Virus genome (UHGV): UHGV-0019275
DNA: 24,941 nucleotides
Reading direction: 5' to 3' (one strand)
Origin: a virus
A program made the position numbers and the translations under genes. The notes below the pieces were generated by a model. The model saw only the letters and a list, made by a program, of their open reading frames with translations. It was not told the origin of the DNA and ran no database searches. Below, in pieces: positions 8,053 to 16,937 of this stretch. The number at the start of each line of letters is the position of its first letter. The stretch's first letter is position 1.

Positions 8053-8802
8053 TTAACCGGCGGTTTTTACCGCCTTTGGTGGACGCCCGCGCTTTGCCGC
8101 CGGTTTGTTGGCAGGTTTGCGCGTGCGCGGTTTAGTCGTTTTACGGGGCGCGGCCTCTGGCTTTGGCTTCAATGCCCGTTCCAGTCGCTCAATCTCCTTG
8201 CGCACACCGGCATTGCGGTCGAGCTGCATCGCGCGCTGAAACTGCGCCAGCGCCTCTGCATTCATACCGGCATCACGCAGGGTCAGGCCTGTCACCTTAT
8301 GCAGACGGGCGCGCACCATATCGGGAACGTCAGCGCCGTCGGTCAGGTCGATAGTGGTCTGCAGCCAGGAAAGGTCGACAGACTCACCGGCATCGCGCAG
8401 GCGCTGTGCAGCAAGCGCCACTTCCTCAACCAGCATGTAAGGTGTTGTGCGGTGGTGGTCAGAGGTGAGGCCGTATTTCAGCGCGTACGGGGCAATTTCC
8501 AGCGCGCCAGCGATATCACCGGCATCGAGACGCCACAGCATGACGGTCATGACAATGTCATCCTGCGCACCACGGCCATCAGCCAGCACACCGGCGACCC
8601 ACGGCGCATAGAACGGCAGCAGCTCGCGCTTTTTCTCGGCTTTACGTTCGTTTGAACGGATGTTTTTTAACGTGCGGCGGTCATCGGCCAGCTTAACCAG
8701 CATCTGCTCATAGGCGGTTGCATGGCGCAGCGGGGCTTGCTCCCGCTGCGCGGCTTGAGAGGCCGAGACCCGCATCATGTGACGCTGTGCGGGGCTCGTC
8801 AT
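8053..8802 (-). CDS. M: Terminase endonuclease (small) subunit M
   Basis: 249 aa with basic Lys/Arg/Pro-rich C-terminus; P2 gpM-like; directly downstream of N. Confidence 0.9.
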   Translation of the reverse strand: MTSPAQRHMMRVSASQAAQREQAPLRHATAYEQMLVKLADDRRTLKNIRSNERKAEKKRELLPFYAPWVAGVLADGRGAQDDIVMTVMLWRLDAGDIAGALEIAPYALKYGLTSDHHRTTPYMLVEEVALAAQRLRDAGESVDLSWLQTTIDLTDGADVPDMVRARLHKVTGLTLRDAGMNAEALAQFQRAMQLDRNAGVRKEIERLERALKPKPEAAPRKTTKPRTRKPANKPAAKRGRPPKAVKTAG

Positions 8803-8805
8803 GGT

Positions 8806-9873
8806 TTAGGCTCCGCTTTCCGGTGCTGCAGGTGCGGTGAAATCGCCCAGGGTGATGTTTTCCAGCAGGCACCCGGCGGCATACGCCTCGACCACATAGT
8901 CGATATTCATCGACTCGTAGTTTTCAACGCGGTCTTTTTTCGGGTTTTCATCAATGCTGCGGCGGTGGCTCTCATCCATGAAATAGATAGAGAGGTTTTC
9001 CAGCGTGGTCACTAACACGGCATTCGCCGGGAAGTACGGCACACGCACAGCAGGCAGGTTGCCGATTCGCTTCTGGCTGATGATGATATCTGCCGCAAGC
9101 GCCTCGCTGTTTTCCTGCGGCTTGTTCACCAGCGGGAAATATTTGTCGGCTAGCAGCTTACGGCCAACGATGGCAACGAGTTTCGGGTCATCCTGATAAA
9201 CCTCGTCAATCAGGTTGTTGGTGGCGTCCATCACCAGCGCGTCGAGGTTCTCATAGTCGCCGTTTCGACCTACACGAATCACTGCTGAAACGACCTTACC
9301 GTCAGCGTCGGTGATGTTGCTCATCACGCGCGTCGGGGCTTCATTGCGGTATTTCTGCAGCCAGCCGACGGCCACATCCTGCAGCATCGGATTTTTGGTG
9401 CGGTCAGAGGTGGCGGCGCGGGTGGTACCGTTAAAACCGGCCATGATGAAATCCAGTGCCTGACGTTTGACAATGGCGTCGCGGATGCGGCGCTGGAAGT
9501 CCTGAAAACGCGCCCACAGGTCGAGGGTTTTATATTTCAGATGGAAGTCAAAATTAATTTGGTCGCACTCGTACTTGTTGGACTCAAGCGCGGTGAAGTC
9601 GGCGGTCTTACGCTCATCATCGCCCGAGGTGTCGGTCGTGCTGGCGATAGTACCGGTCACACCGACGCCGATTTTCTCACCCTTCATTTCTGCGACCGGC
9701 AGAATATTAATCGTCTGCAGAAACGCGGATGACTCCTGCACTTTGTTCATCAGTGTTTGCGTGACGGACGGCTCGACGGTGAATTTTTTACTGACGTCAT
9801 CAGTGCTGATGCCGTTCAGCTCAGCGACGCGGGTCAGATAGGCATTGAACTTAAAACGGGTATCCGGGCGCAT
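8806..9873 (-). CDS. N: Major capsid protein N
   Basis: 355 aa; MRPDTRFKFNAYLTRVAELNGI...ECDQINFDF...NLPAVRVPYFPA, high similarity to P2 gpN from memory. Confidence 0.95.
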   Translation of the reverse strand: MRPDTRFKFNAYLTRVAELNGISTDDVSKKFTVEPSVTQTLMNKVQESSAFLQTINILPVAEMKGEKIGVGVTGTIASTTDTSGDDERKTADFTALESNKYECDQINFDFHLKYKTLDLWARFQDFQRRIRDAIVKRQALDFIMAGFNGTTRAATSDRTKNPMLQDVAVGWLQKYRNEAPTRVMSNITDADGKVVSAVIRVGRNGDYENLDALVMDATNNLIDEVYQDDPKLVAIVGRKLLADKYFPLVNKPQENSEALAADIIISQKRIGNLPAVRVPYFPANAVLVTTLENLSIYFMDESHRRSIDENPKKDRVENYESMNIDYVVEAYAAGCLLENITLGDFTAPAAPESGA

Positions 9874-9949
9874 AGTATTTCCTGTTTGAATTTATCGGTT
9901 AGTCACTGCATCGGGCGGGGATGCCGCCCGGTTTCTGGTCTGCGGTTTA

Positions 9950-10804
9950 TCAGCAGTCGGTCAGCAGCTCATCGCCACCACCGCCGCTGGCTTTCGTGCG
10001 TCGCGGCTGGCTGAAACTTTCGGTTTTATCGAGGGTGGTTTTCAGGTCGGAAAATGCCTGGCTGGTTTCTTCAACCTTGCCGGTCAGTTCCTGTTTGAAA
10101 GTGGCAAACGCGGTTTCCATAGCGGAAAGGCGCTCGTCCTGTTTTGTCAGGTTGGTTTGCACATGTTCGCTGACGGTGGTCACCGCTTCATGCACATCAT
10201 TCAGGCGCGCATCGTCGCTGACCTGCTTACGGCTGAAAATGGCTTTCACCTTATCGGCCAGGCTGTTGAGCACCGTGTCGGGAACGTCTTCAAACTCCAG
10301 CTCGGCCAGAGTGGCAGCGGAAAAGACGTTTTCAGGGTTGGCCTTAAAGCGCTGCAGCGGGTTGTGCTTCGCGTTGCGGCAGAATTCGAGGTATTCAGTG
10401 CCGAGGCTCGCCGGGTCATCGGTGACAGCAAGGCCGACGAGGTAGCATTTGCCGGTATTGGCAAAATTCGGCTGAATTTCCATTGAGGTGTAGACCTTCT
10501 GCAATTTTTTATTCATCGCAATCAGGTCGTCGGTTGGGGTGATTCTGGCGAACAGCGCCCATTTGCCGTTAAGCGCAGAATCGTCGTCAATTATTTCAGC
10601 TTTCAGTTCAACCACATCGCCTAAGCGTTTGAAGTCGCCATCAGGAAAGAGACCGCGAATATGCTCAAGGTTAATGCGGCAACCGTAGACGCGAGGGTCA
10701 AACGATTCGGCCATTTCCTGAATATCGTTGCCGCTGATAATGCGGCCGTCGCAGGTGTCACCCTCGACGCCGATGCGAAAGAATTTTGAGACTTTTTTTG
10801 CCAT
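9950..10804 (-). CDS. O: Capsid scaffolding protein O
   Basis: 284 aa; MAKKVSKFFRIGVEGDTCDGRIISG...FDPRVYGCRINLEH matches the P2 gpO N-terminus. Confidence 0.9.
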   Translation of the reverse strand: MAKKVSKFFRIGVEGDTCDGRIISGNDIQEMAESFDPRVYGCRINLEHIRGLFPDGDFKRLGDVVELKAEIIDDDSALNGKWALFARITPTDDLIAMNKKLQKVYTSMEIQPNFANTGKCYLVGLAVTDDPASLGTEYLEFCRNAKHNPLQRFKANPENVFSAATLAELEFEDVPDTVLNSLADKVKAIFSRKQVSDDARLNDVHEAVTTVSEHVQTNLTKQDERLSAMETAFATFKQELTGKVEETSQAFSDLKTTLDKTESFSQPRRTKASGGGGDELLTDC

Positions 10805-10969
10805 TGTCAGGAGTCCTGAGGTTAAGGTTACTGGTCACCGCCAGTTTCCAGACTCAGGACACGCCAGACCACCAATGACGACTGGACAACCGCCCACACA
10901 ACAGCACCTTAGCGAATCACTGACGGCCATTAAGTAGCCTTGCCCTGAATCCACTACGGCGAGGCATCA

Positions 10970-12739
10970 ATGACCATTTCCACAGATACAACCTTGTTGC
11001 ATGACCCGCGACGGCAGGCATCGCTGCTTTACTGGCAGGGTTTTTCCGTGCCACAGATTGCCGAAATGCTGCAGGTCAAGCGCCCGACCGTGCAGAGCTG
11101 GAAGCAGCGCGACGGCTGGGACGGCATCGCGCCGATTTCCCGCGTTGAAAGCAGCCTTGAGGCTAGGCTGATTCAGCTCATCGCCAAGCCGCAAAAGACA
11201 GGGGGTGATTTCAAAGAGATTGACCTGCTCGGACGGCAGATTGAACGGTTGGCGCGAGTCAACCGCTACAGCCAGACCGGCAACGAAGCCGACCTTAACC
11301 CCAACGTCGCCAACCGCAACAAAGGGGAGCGCAAAAAGCCGAAAAAGAATTTTTTCAGCGACGAGTCTATCGATAAACTAGAGGAATTATTTTTCGACCA
11401 GTCTTTCGAGTACCAGTTGCAGTGGTACCGCGCAGGACTGGAGCACCGTATTCGTGACATTCTCAAATCCCGCCAGATTGGCGCGACATTCTATTTCTCC
11501 CGCGAGGCACTGCTGCGCGCACTCAAAACCGGCCATAACCAGATATTTTTATCAGCCAGTAAAACGCAGGCTTACGTGTTCCGCGAATACATCATCCAGT
11601 TTGCGCGACTGGTCGACGTTGACCTGACTGGCGACCCGATTGTCATCGGTAACAACGGCGCAAAACTGATTTTTCTCGGTACCAATTCCAACACCGCGCA
11701 GAGCCATAACGGCGATCTGTATGTCGATGAAATATTCTGGATCCCGAATTTTCAGAAACTGCGCAAAGTCGCCTCGGGCATGGCCTCGCAAAAGCACCTG
11801 CGCTCGACCTATTTTTCGACACCTTCCACGCTGGCGCACGGCGCTTACCCCTTCTGGTCTGGCGAGCTGTTCAACAAGGGGCGCAGCCGGATTGCCGACC
11901 GCATCGAAATCGACATCAGTCACAGCGCGCTCGCCGGTGGCCAGCTCTGCGACGATGGCCAGTGGCGGCAGATTGTCACCATTGAGGACGCCCTTGCGGG
12001 TGGCTGCACCCTGTTCGACCTCGACCAGCTCAAACGCGAAAACAGTGATGAGGACTTTAAGAACCTGTTTATGTGCGAGTTTGTCGACGATAAAGCGTCG
12101 GTATTCCCGTTCGAGGAGCTGCAGCGCTGCATGGTCGATGTGATGGAGGAATGGGAGGACTTTGCCCCGTTCGCCGACCATCCGTTCGGCTCTCGTCCTG
12201 TCTGGATTGGCTACGACCCGTCACACACCGGCGACAGTGCCGGGTGCGTCGTGCTCGCGCCGCCGGTGGTCTCTGGTGGCAAGTTCCGCATGCTGGAGCG
12301 CCACCAGTGGAAGGGCATGGATTTTGCAGCACAGGCAGAGGGCATCCGCAAGCTGACCGAGAAATACAACGTTGAATACATCGGCATTGACGCAACCGGC
12401 CTCGGTCTCGGCGTGTTCCAGCTGGTGCGCTCATTTTACCCGGCGGCACGCGGCATCCGTTACACACCTGAAATGAAAACCGCAATGGTACTCAAGGCGA
12501 AAGACACCATTCGCCGTGGCTGTCTGGAGTACGACGCCGGAGCAACCGACGTCACGCAGTCGTTTATGTCCATCCGCAAAACCATGACTAGCAGCGGGCG
12601 CAGCGCCACCTATGAGGCCAGCCGCACCGAGGAAGCCAGCCACGCCGATATCGCATGGGCGACCATGCACGCCCTGTTAAACGAACCGCTTTCTGCCGGT
12701 AGCGGCATGCAGCCTAAATCTATTCTGGAGTTCAACTAA
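10970..12739 (+). CDS. P: Terminase ATPase (large) subunit P
   Basis: 589 aa; P2 gpP-like; divergent from O across a 165-bp late-promoter region. Confidence 0.95.
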   Translation: MTISTDTTLLHDPRRQASLLYWQGFSVPQIAEMLQVKRPTVQSWKQRDGWDGIAPISRVESSLEARLIQLIAKPQKTGGDFKEIDLLGRQIERLARVNRYSQTGNEADLNPNVANRNKGERKKPKKNFFSDESIDKLEELFFDQSFEYQLQWYRAGLEHRIRDILKSRQIGATFYFSREALLRALKTGHNQIFLSASKTQAYVFREYIIQFARLVDVDLTGDPIVIGNNGAKLIFLGTNSNTAQSHNGDLYVDEIFWIPNFQKLRKVASGMASQKHLRSTYFSTPSTLAHGAYPFWSGELFNKGRSRIADRIEIDISHSALAGGQLCDDGQWRQIVTIEDALAGGCTLFDLDQLKRENSDEDFKNLFMCEFVDDKASVFPFEELQRCMVDVMEEWEDFAPFADHPFGSRPVWIGYDPSHTGDSAGCVVLAPPVVSGGKFRMLERHQWKGMDFAAQAEGIRKLTEKYNVEYIGIDATGLGLGVFQLVRSFYPAARGIRYTPEMKTAMVLKAKDTIRRGCLEYDAGATDVTQSFMSIRKTMTSSGRSATYEASRTEEASHADIAWATMHALLNEPLSAGSGMQPKSILEFN

Positions 12740-12740
12740 A

Positions 12741-13787
12741 ATGGGTAAACAAAAATCCCGTAAAGCCAACGCACAAAAGGCCAGCAAACCACAACAACTG
12801 ACCGCCAGCGCACCGCCAAAAACGACAGCGTTCACCTTCGGCGAGCCGGTGCCGGTACTCGATAAGCGCGACATTCTGGATTACGTCGAATGCATCAGTA
12901 ACGGCAAATGGTACGAGCCGCCGGTCAGCTTCTCAGGGCTGGCAAAGAGCCTGCGCTCTGCCGTGCATCACAGCTCGCCAATTTATGTTAAGCGTAACGT
13001 GCTCGCGAGCACCTACATTCCGCACCCGTTGTTATCCCGTCAGGATTTCAGCCGCTTTGCGCTCGATTATCTGGTGTTCGGTAACGCCTTTCTTGAGCAG
13101 CGCCACAGCGTCACCGGCCAGTTAATCAAACTGCTGGCCTCGCCAGCCAAATACACCCGACGCGGAGTCGACGATTCGATTTTCTGGTTTGTGGAAAACT
13201 TCACCCAGCCGCACGAGTTCGCGCCTGATACCGTGTTTCACCTGCTGGAGCCCGACATTAATCAGGAGATTTACGGTCTGCCGGAATATCTCAGCGCGCT
13301 TAATTCCGCTTGGCTGAATGAATCCGCGACGCTGTTCCGCCGCAAGTATTATCAGAACGGCGCGCACGCAGGCTACATCATGTATGTGACTGACCCGGCG
13401 CAAAGTGCGACCGACGTCGAATCGCTGCGCGAGGCGATGCGTAACTCGAAGGGACTCGGCAACTTTAAGAACCTGTTTTTCTACGCCCCCGGCGGAAAAC
13501 CGGACGGCATCAAAATCGTGCCACTGAGCGAGGTCGCCACAAAGGATGACTTTTTCAACATTAAGAAAGCCAGCGCCGCCGACCTGATGGACGCGCACCG
13601 CGTACCGTTCCAGCTCATGGGCGGCAAGCCCGAGAATATCGGTTCACTCGGTGACGTTGAGAAGGTGGCAAAGGTATTTGTGCGCAATGAGCTGTCGCCG
13701 CTACAGGACAGGTTCAGGGAGGTAAACGACTGGCTCGGCATGGAGGTCATCAGGTTCAAAGAGTACACCCTCGATAATCCGGAATAA
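12741..13787 (+). CDS. Q: Portal protein Q
   Basis: 348 aa; P2 gpQ-like; starts 2 nt after the stop of P. Confidence 0.9.
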   Translation: MGKQKSRKANAQKASKPQQLTASAPPKTTAFTFGEPVPVLDKRDILDYVECISNGKWYEPPVSFSGLAKSLRSAVHHSSPIYVKRNVLASTYIPHPLLSRQDFSRFALDYLVFGNAFLEQRHSVTGQLIKLLASPAKYTRRGVDDSIFWFVENFTQPHEFAPDTVFHLLEPDINQEIYGLPEYLSALNSAWLNESATLFRRKYYQNGAHAGYIMYVTDPAQSATDVESLREAMRNSKGLGNFKNLFFYAPGGKPDGIKIVPLSEVATKDDFFNIKKASAADLMDAHRVPFQLMGGKPENIGSLGDVEKVAKVFVRNELSPLQDRFREVNDWLGMEVIRFKEYTLDNPE

Positions 13788-13797
13788 TCACCACTCT

Positions 13798-13816
13798 AGC
13801 CGCCAGCATGGCGGCT
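13798..13816. terminator. GC-rich hairpin between convergent Q and cargo operon (possible bidirectional terminator, no clear U-tract)
   Basis: AGCCGCC-agcat-GGCGGCT inverted repeat lying exactly between the Q stop (13787) and the cargo gene stop (13818). Confidence 0.25.
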
Positions 13817-13817
13817 C

Positions 13818-14543
13818 TCAATCGTGAGTGGATATTTGCGAAACAAACTCTTTAACTCCATCTCGTTCAAGTATTTTACTGTCATGGATATACTTTACGA
13901 TATCCCACTCGTAGTATGTACAAGCCATTGCAACTAAAGATATTATTTTTATGTCAGTTAAGTTAACTAATGTTTCATAATAATCTTCCCGTTCAACCCC
14001 GCAATTATCTATCAACTTCACAATCAAATAAAAGCGACGCACCACTGAAAAAATGCAATCATTAGCATCCACTTCACTTAACCACTTTGTTATTACCTCT
14101 TTTTTTACCTTGGCTTTAACTAAAATTACAATATTATCTTCAAGATAAGTTACGGCTGCACCACTTGTAAATTCTTCGACCACCCCGTCAGTTTGTCCAT
14201 CAATATCACCAACTTGAACACAAAACCTTTCAAAGTTAGAATCCTGACATTCAACCAAATGGAAAAATCTCACTTCAAATTTTTTATACTCTTCTAAAGA
14301 TTCTTGCCTTTTTACTTCATCGATCAGGCTGGAATTAGCCTCCCTTTGAAGTTTTATTGAATTTATAAGGAGGTAAATTGTAATAAATGAAAGTATAGGG
14401 TTGACGACACCACCCAAATAATCACCAAACTGCGCCCAAACATCAGTCTTGCTGGATAAATGTCCGTTTACTCCGAAGTTGAAGTAATACAAGGCGCACA
14501 CAGCTACAATCACGCCAGCCGAAGACAGCAACACCTTTCTCAT
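13818..14543 (-). CDS. Cargo protein B: 241-aa protein with two predicted N-terminal TM helices, function unknown (candidate membrane effector)
   Basis: ATG at 14543 overlaps the stop of the upstream gene (ATGA); hydrophobic segments VIVAVCALYYFNF and VVNPILSFITIYLLINSI; AT-rich codon usage unlike the phage backbone; no family recognised. Confidence 0.7.
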   Translation of the reverse strand: MRKVLLSSAGVIVAVCALYYFNFGVNGHLSSKTDVWAQFGDYLGGVVNPILSFITIYLLINSIKLQREANSSLIDEVKRQESLEEYKKFEVRFFHLVECQDSNFERFCVQVGDIDGQTDGVVEEFTSGAAVTYLEDNIVILVKAKVKKEVITKWLSEVDANDCIFSVVRRFYLIVKLIDNCGVEREDYYETLVNLTDIKIISLVAMACTYYEWDIVKYIHDSKILERDGVKEFVSQISTHD

Positions 14544-15358
14544 ACAGTTTCAACCATACGGATTAGATATTTCACCACATCACCACTTTTTACTACAACT
14601 TTGCTAACAGTAAGTTTTAGATATGTGTAGTTATCTTGCCTGCCATTATTATTGTGTAAATTTAATGAGACCAATCTTTTTTGAGCGGCGGGTATAGCCT
14701 TTAAAGGCATGTAAAAACCAAAGGCTACTGTATCATCTTCACCTTCGATAACTAACCTACCATTTCCAGTTCTCGCATTAAATCGAGTAATAACTGCGTT
14801 AATATTAACTTGACCGGGCTTTATTTTTGATTGTGTCAAGTTTGTAGCAGTCATTGTGTCTAACTTTGCTATTCTTTGTTTTCCAGCAGGTTTTTTATAG
14901 TTAAGTTCAACATCAAAGTTTTTTTGAAGATTTATCCTATGCATCCTTACCAAAGGTTGTCTGATACGATCAATAAGTTCATCTTCAATTTCCTCAAGCT
15001 CCTCAATAATTCCTGCAGCTTTTGGAGATAGCTCCTTAGTTTCCAGATATAGAGATTCAGAAATAAAATACCCCATGACTTCCGAGAACACAGAACGGGT
15101 CATTTTTTTTAATTCGGCAGCTAATTCCGGCTCATTAACAATCAAGTCGAAGTTTTGACCATAAGAACTTTTAAAGCTTTGTTTGAGAACCGCTCGCGCA
15201 GGGTTAACATGAGTGCGGCGCTTAATAATTTTTTTTCTGAGTATTGCCTCTGCTAGTATGCATGTCACCTCAGCCGTTCCAGAGAGGGTATCAAGGCCAT
15301 ACTCCATATCAACTTCTTGATCACCACTTTTGATGACAACGTCATAGCTAACTTTCAT
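14540..15358 (-). CDS. Cargo protein A: 272-aa soluble protein, function unknown
   Basis: ORF track starts at GTG 15364, but ATG 15358 has a good SD (AAGGA, 7-nt spacing); no nucleotide-binding or nuclease motif recognised by eye; AT-rich. Confidence 0.7.
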   Translation of the reverse strand: MKVSYDVVIKSGDQEVDMEYGLDTLSGTAEVTCILAEAILRKKIIKRRTHVNPARAVLKQSFKSSYGQNFDLIVNEPELAAELKKMTRSVFSEVMGYFISESLYLETKELSPKAAGIIEELEEIEDELIDRIRQPLVRMHRINLQKNFDVELNYKKPAGKQRIAKLDTMTATNLTQSKIKPGQVNINAVITRFNARTGNGRLVIEGEDDTVAFGFYMPLKAIPAAQKRLVSLNLHNNNGRQDNYTYLKLTVSKVVVKSGDVVKYLIRMVETV

Positions 15359-15466
15359 CGGCACATCCTTGATTTAGTAACCTTTGGTTATTATTTTTCA
15401 TCTTCTACTCATTGACACCGATTTTTTACACCAAAAATATCAAATTGCAAGTGTGTGCTGCGCGCA

Positions 15467-15485
15467 ATGCTTTCCCCGCCACGCC
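15467..15485 (-). other. cos cohesive-end site (186/P2 type)
   Basis: Minus-strand 19-mer GGCGTGGCGGGGAAAGCAT differs at 2 positions from the P2 cohesive end GGCGAGGCGGGGAAAGCAC (from memory) and matches my recollection of the 186 cohesive end; placed between portal side and replication side as expected. Confidence 0.55.
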
Positions 15486-15644
15486 TGCCCGCTTTACGGG
15501 GCGGTTTTAATGCAGTTGCATGAACACTCGGGATCCGCGCCAGCTCTGGCGGCGCACGGTCAGAACGGGCAACCCCTGCGAATGCAAAAGCATGCACCTG
15601 TTGCATGCACGGCTAAAAACGGGGAAATCGCGGAAAAATGGCAT

Positions 15645-15672
15645 AAAAAACCGGCATTCACGGTGCCGGTTT
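15645..15672 (-). terminator. Hairpin with flanking A/T runs near cos (possible terminator for leftward transcripts)
   Basis: AAACCGGCA-ttcacgg-TGCCGGTTT with A-run on the + strand upstream (U-run on the minus-strand transcript downstream). Confidence 0.3.
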
Positions 15673-15809
15673 GGGGCTGGTTTTGTCGCGATTACTGGGC
15701 GTGTAATGCGCCAATAACACTATTGAGGCACATGCTGGCAAAAATCAGCAGAAAAATCGTCGTCCACCGATTTTCATAAACGAGAGATAACATATTGATA
15801 TAGATCCTT

Positions 15810-16001
15810 TTATTTGTGCATTCTAATGTGGTTTAACAGGTGTTTGATAACGACCGTAAGCTCATCTTTACTGGCTTGCTCGACCATTTTTTCGGTGTAG
15901 CTTTCCACCTCACGAGAACTCAGGTCGTTATTTGAAGCCATTACGGTCAGCTTTTTTGCCCAATCGGCAAACGGGTCTATCGATGAAAGGGAATTATGCA
16001 T
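15810..16001 (-). CDS. Hypothetical small protein (start uncertain; overlaps the start of the divergent 143-aa ORF)
   Basis: ORF with ATG at 16001 preceded by a GAGG SD; tightly divergent from the + ORF so only one may be real. Confidence 0.2.
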   Translation of the reverse strand: MHNSLSSIDPFADWAKKLTVMASNNDLSSREVESYTEKMVEQASKDELTVVIKHLLNHIRMHK

Positions 16002-16431
16002 GTCCAAAAACCTCGAATTATTTAACCAGCAGACGGCGGAAATTTTTGCGGTGTTATGGGATAACTTCCCGGTGCCGCAGGTCATCACCTACGAAAAATT
16101 TAACGCCGTGCTACCTGATGACTACTTTGACCAACTTAACTCACCGGAAATGAAAGCACTGAATCAGTTGCGTAGTGTGGTTGAGGGTACATTCACTTTT
16201 CTCAGTGAAAACGGCTACATCCAATATGAAACAGACCATCAGACTTATTTTCGGGATGTGCGCCTGACCGAGAAAGCACTCGCCGTGCTCAACAAAAAGC
16301 CCGAGGCACTCGGCGGTAGTGAAACGATGGGCGATAAGATTATCAGTGCGGTGAAAGACGGGGCACCCGGAGTTATTGCAGGTGCGGTGACAAACCTGCT
16401 TTCACTCGGTGTCAATCTGGTAACCAACTAA
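16000..16431 (+). CDS. Hypothetical 143-aa protein with hydrophobic Gly/Ala-rich C-terminal tail
   Basis: ATG at 16000 with AGGGA SD about 9 nt upstream; plausible composition; C-terminus GAPGVIAGAVTNLLSLGVNLV; no family recognised. Confidence 0.4.
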   Translation: MSKNLELFNQQTAEIFAVLWDNFPVPQVITYEKFNAVLPDDYFDQLNSPEMKALNQLRSVVEGTFTFLSENGYIQYETDHQTYFRDVRLTEKALAVLNKKPEALGGSETMGDKIISAVKDGAPGVIAGAVTNLLSLGVNLVTN

Positions 16432-16498
16432 CGCCTCGCGTGGCTCGTTGTTCAACCCCGTCAGCACTGAAAGCAAGTTTCAGCACCGGCGGCGTTTG

Positions 16499-16732
16499 TT
16501 AATGCAGCCAGCTATCGTCCTCCCATACCTGCTGCATGATTTCCATTACTCGTTTTTTATCTTCGTCCAGTTTCAAACCGCTTAGTTCAACGCCATTAGC
16601 GGAGCCCTTGCGAATTCGGATAGCAGTCTTTGGGTAAATAGGTTGAAGATTGCGGTACAGTTCAGCCTCAAGTGCATCCAATGTTGCCTGACTAATTTTT
16701 TGCTCTTTATCCAACGTGATATTGATTCTCAT
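16499..16732 (-). CDS. DinI-like protein (SOS-regulated; corresponds to the DinI-like part of the 186 Tum antirepressor)
   Basis: 77 aa, MRINITLDKEQKISQATLDALEAELYRNL...MEIMQQVWEDDSWLH, resembles the E. coli DinI family (MRIEVTIAK...ALAGEL.RR...EILQETWE..DDWF) from memory. Confidence 0.75.
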   Translation of the reverse strand: MRINITLDKEQKISQATLDALEAELYRNLQPIYPKTAIRIRKGSANGVELSGLKLDEDKKRVMEIMQQVWEDDSWLH

Positions 16733-16735
16733 AAT

Positions 16736-16918
16736 CTAATCAGCCTTATAAAAATTATCATCTTCGGTTTCGTTATTTTCGCTGTTTGCTAGGTCTGCAA
16801 TGAGAGTGAGCGCGAGCTTTAAGTCTGATGGCTTGCAGTTTGCAATCAGAGATACCTCGGCAATAAATTGCACACAAGCCCACTTTTGCTGCGTTCGGCT
16901 GAAATGTTCGCCAACCAT
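16736..16918 (-). CDS. Tum-like antirepressor N-terminal ORF, first gene of the LexA-controlled operon
   Basis: ATG 16918 with strong SD (GGGAGGG); LexA box 20 bp upstream; ends at TAG 16736-16738, in frame with the DinI-like ORF. Confidence 0.6.
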   Translation of the reverse strand: MVGEHFSRTQQKWACVQFIAEVSLIANCKPSDLKLALTLIADLANSENNETEDDNFYKAD

Positions 16919-16937
16919 GAAATCCCTCCCATAGGGT

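Noticed and set aside
7639-8655. 338-aa + strand ORF antisense to genes L and M
   Set aside because: Lies entirely opposite well-supported P2-like genes in GC-rich DNA; Arg/Gly/Cys-rich low-complexity translation typical of antisense frames.
10805-10969. Ogr/B-type late activator site (TGT-N12-ACA) in the O/P divergent promoter region
   Set aside because: Searched by eye; there is no TGT on either strand in the right spacing, only a partial dyad (GTCCTGAG ... CTCAGGAC). Cannot claim the activator site from sequence alone.
11552-12181. 209-aa and other minus-strand ORFs inside terminase gene P (11920-12132, 12069-12485, 12431-12670)
   Set aside because: Antisense to a highly conserved terminase ORF; Arg/Cys/Pro-rich translations.
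13122-13598. 158-aa minus-strand ORF inside portal gene Q
   Set aside because: Antisense to a conserved portal ORF; no independent support.
15384-15779. 131-aa + strand ORF spanning the cos region
   Set aside because: Runs across the cohesive-end site and palindromic repeats; Cys/His-rich; no SD; more likely non-coding packaging/regulatory DNA.
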